Virus record (IMG/VR): IMGVR_UViG_3300033061_000668
Span: 3,303-67,302 of that record
Direction: 5' to 3' (one strand)
DNA length: 64,000 nt
From: a virus
Lineage: Duplodnaviria > Caudoviricetes
The notes beneath the pieces are model-generated. The model did not search any database and was not told the origin of the DNA. It saw nothing but the letters and a program-made list of their open reading frames with translations. Below, piece after piece: positions 63,421 to 64,000 of the stretch (position 1 is its first letter; each line of letters begins with the position of its first letter). The translations under genes were made by a program, and so were the position numbers.

Positions 63421-63448
63421 TTGACTTCTAACTAATTAAGACCACTAT
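63421..63448 (+). promoter_or_regulatory. Promoter TTGACT-N16-CACTAT (leaderless)
   Basis: 5 nt upstream of GTG 63454. Confidence 0.6.
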
Positions 63449-63453
63449 GGTGT

Positions 63454-64000
63454 GTGCCGACTCTGTTCCCTCTTCAAGTACGTACTATCGATAACGTGCT
63501 TGCCAGCCAGATAGCTGGCTTATTCCAAAATGGCGCAATCTTACAACTACCGTTAACGTCTCAATATTTTGTAGACGCCAACAGAACTGATACCTACGTC
63601 GAAGACGGTAACCTCTTAACGCCATTCAAAACATTGAGTGCTGCATATGCAGCTGCAAAAATTGGAGCCACCAGACTCAATCCCAAGTACATCAACTTGC
63701 TCAGCAGCATCACAGAAAATTTAACCATGGACACAGGTTATGTGGGATTGCAAGGATTCACCAATTCTGGTGTAAGAGCTCCCTTGTATTTGAATGGCAC
63801 CATCACCATTGCTCCTACTGCAGGCACAATCACTGACAATTTTTTTGGCATCACAAATTTGGCTATTCTCAAATCTGAAGTGACCAGTGGCAATTGCATT
63901 GATGTGCTGGGAGGTGCTGTACCCTTGAGAGTATTCCTGGAATCTGTTTGGCTTCAAAATGGAAGCACTGGTTCTTTTGGGATAAACATTGATAACACTG
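63454..64000 (+). CDS. Beta-helix/tailspike-like protein (DUF1565-like N-terminus), truncated by window end
   Basis: Not in ORF track (no stop). Open frame: MPTLFPLQ...YFVDANRTDTYVEDGNLLTPFKTLSAAYAAA... Confidence 0.6.
   Translation, partial: MPTLFPLQVRTIDNVLASQIAGLFQNGAILQLPLTSQYFVDANRTDTYVEDGNLLTPFKTLSAAYAAAKIGATRLNPKYINLLSSITENLTMDTGYVGLQGFTNSGVRAPLYLNGTITIAPTAGTITDNFFGITNLAILKSEVTSGNCIDVLGGAVPLRVFLESVWLQNGSTGSFGINIDNT

Noticed and set aside
1-64000. Stop-codon reassignment, introns or inteins
   Set aside because: Genes are intact under code 11 using TAA, TGA and TAG; PolA, TerL and helicase have ordinary lengths; the one split gene is a frame change, not an in-frame stop
1-64000. tRNA genes, integrase/att site or repressor
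   Set aside because: No cloverleaf with a T-loop in any intergenic gap and no recombinase or CI-like motifs seen by eye; tRNAscan was not run

Overview
This window is most of a tailed dsDNA bacteriophage genome. Both ends cut through genes, so the genome is probably slightly longer than 64 kb. The architecture is podovirus-like: portal, scaffold, capsid, short-tail and ejection proteins, with no tape measure or sheath gene. There are three blocks. (1) A leftward replication operon (1-9.5 kb): 3D-domain protein, primase-helicase, family A DNA polymerase, SSB-like protein, a split PD-(D/E)XK exonuclease, SF2 helicase and Holliday junction resolvase. (2) A rightward morphogenesis/lysis region (9.6-47.8 kb): TerL, portal, scaffold, capsid, lectin-like and fibre proteins, a spanin-holin-CHAP lysis cassette, tail and ejection proteins, a 3892-aa polyvalent protein, a GH73 hydrolase, small basic proteins and a Dps-like protein. 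(3) A leftward early/accessory region (47.9-62 kb): rIIA/rIIB, Gp88-like, HhH glycosylase-like and many small ORFs, followed by a TerS-like gene, G/C tracts, a glycosyltransferase and a truncated beta-helix gene. A lipobox-containing spanin implies a diderm host. A PVC-group (Verrucomicrobiota-like) host is only my weak impression. I saw no integrase, repressor, tRNA, CRISPR array or reverse transcriptase. The most notable observations are a sigma70/ECF-like domain inside the giant protein, an alpha3-truncated histone-fold protein, several unannotated structured RNA elements (one a twice-repeated covarying motif, one with its own promoter, one with twin identical loops ahead of the capsid gene) and a family of TTGAC-N16/17-YANNNT promoters feeding leaderless genes. 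All product calls come from manual motif recognition; no database search was run.
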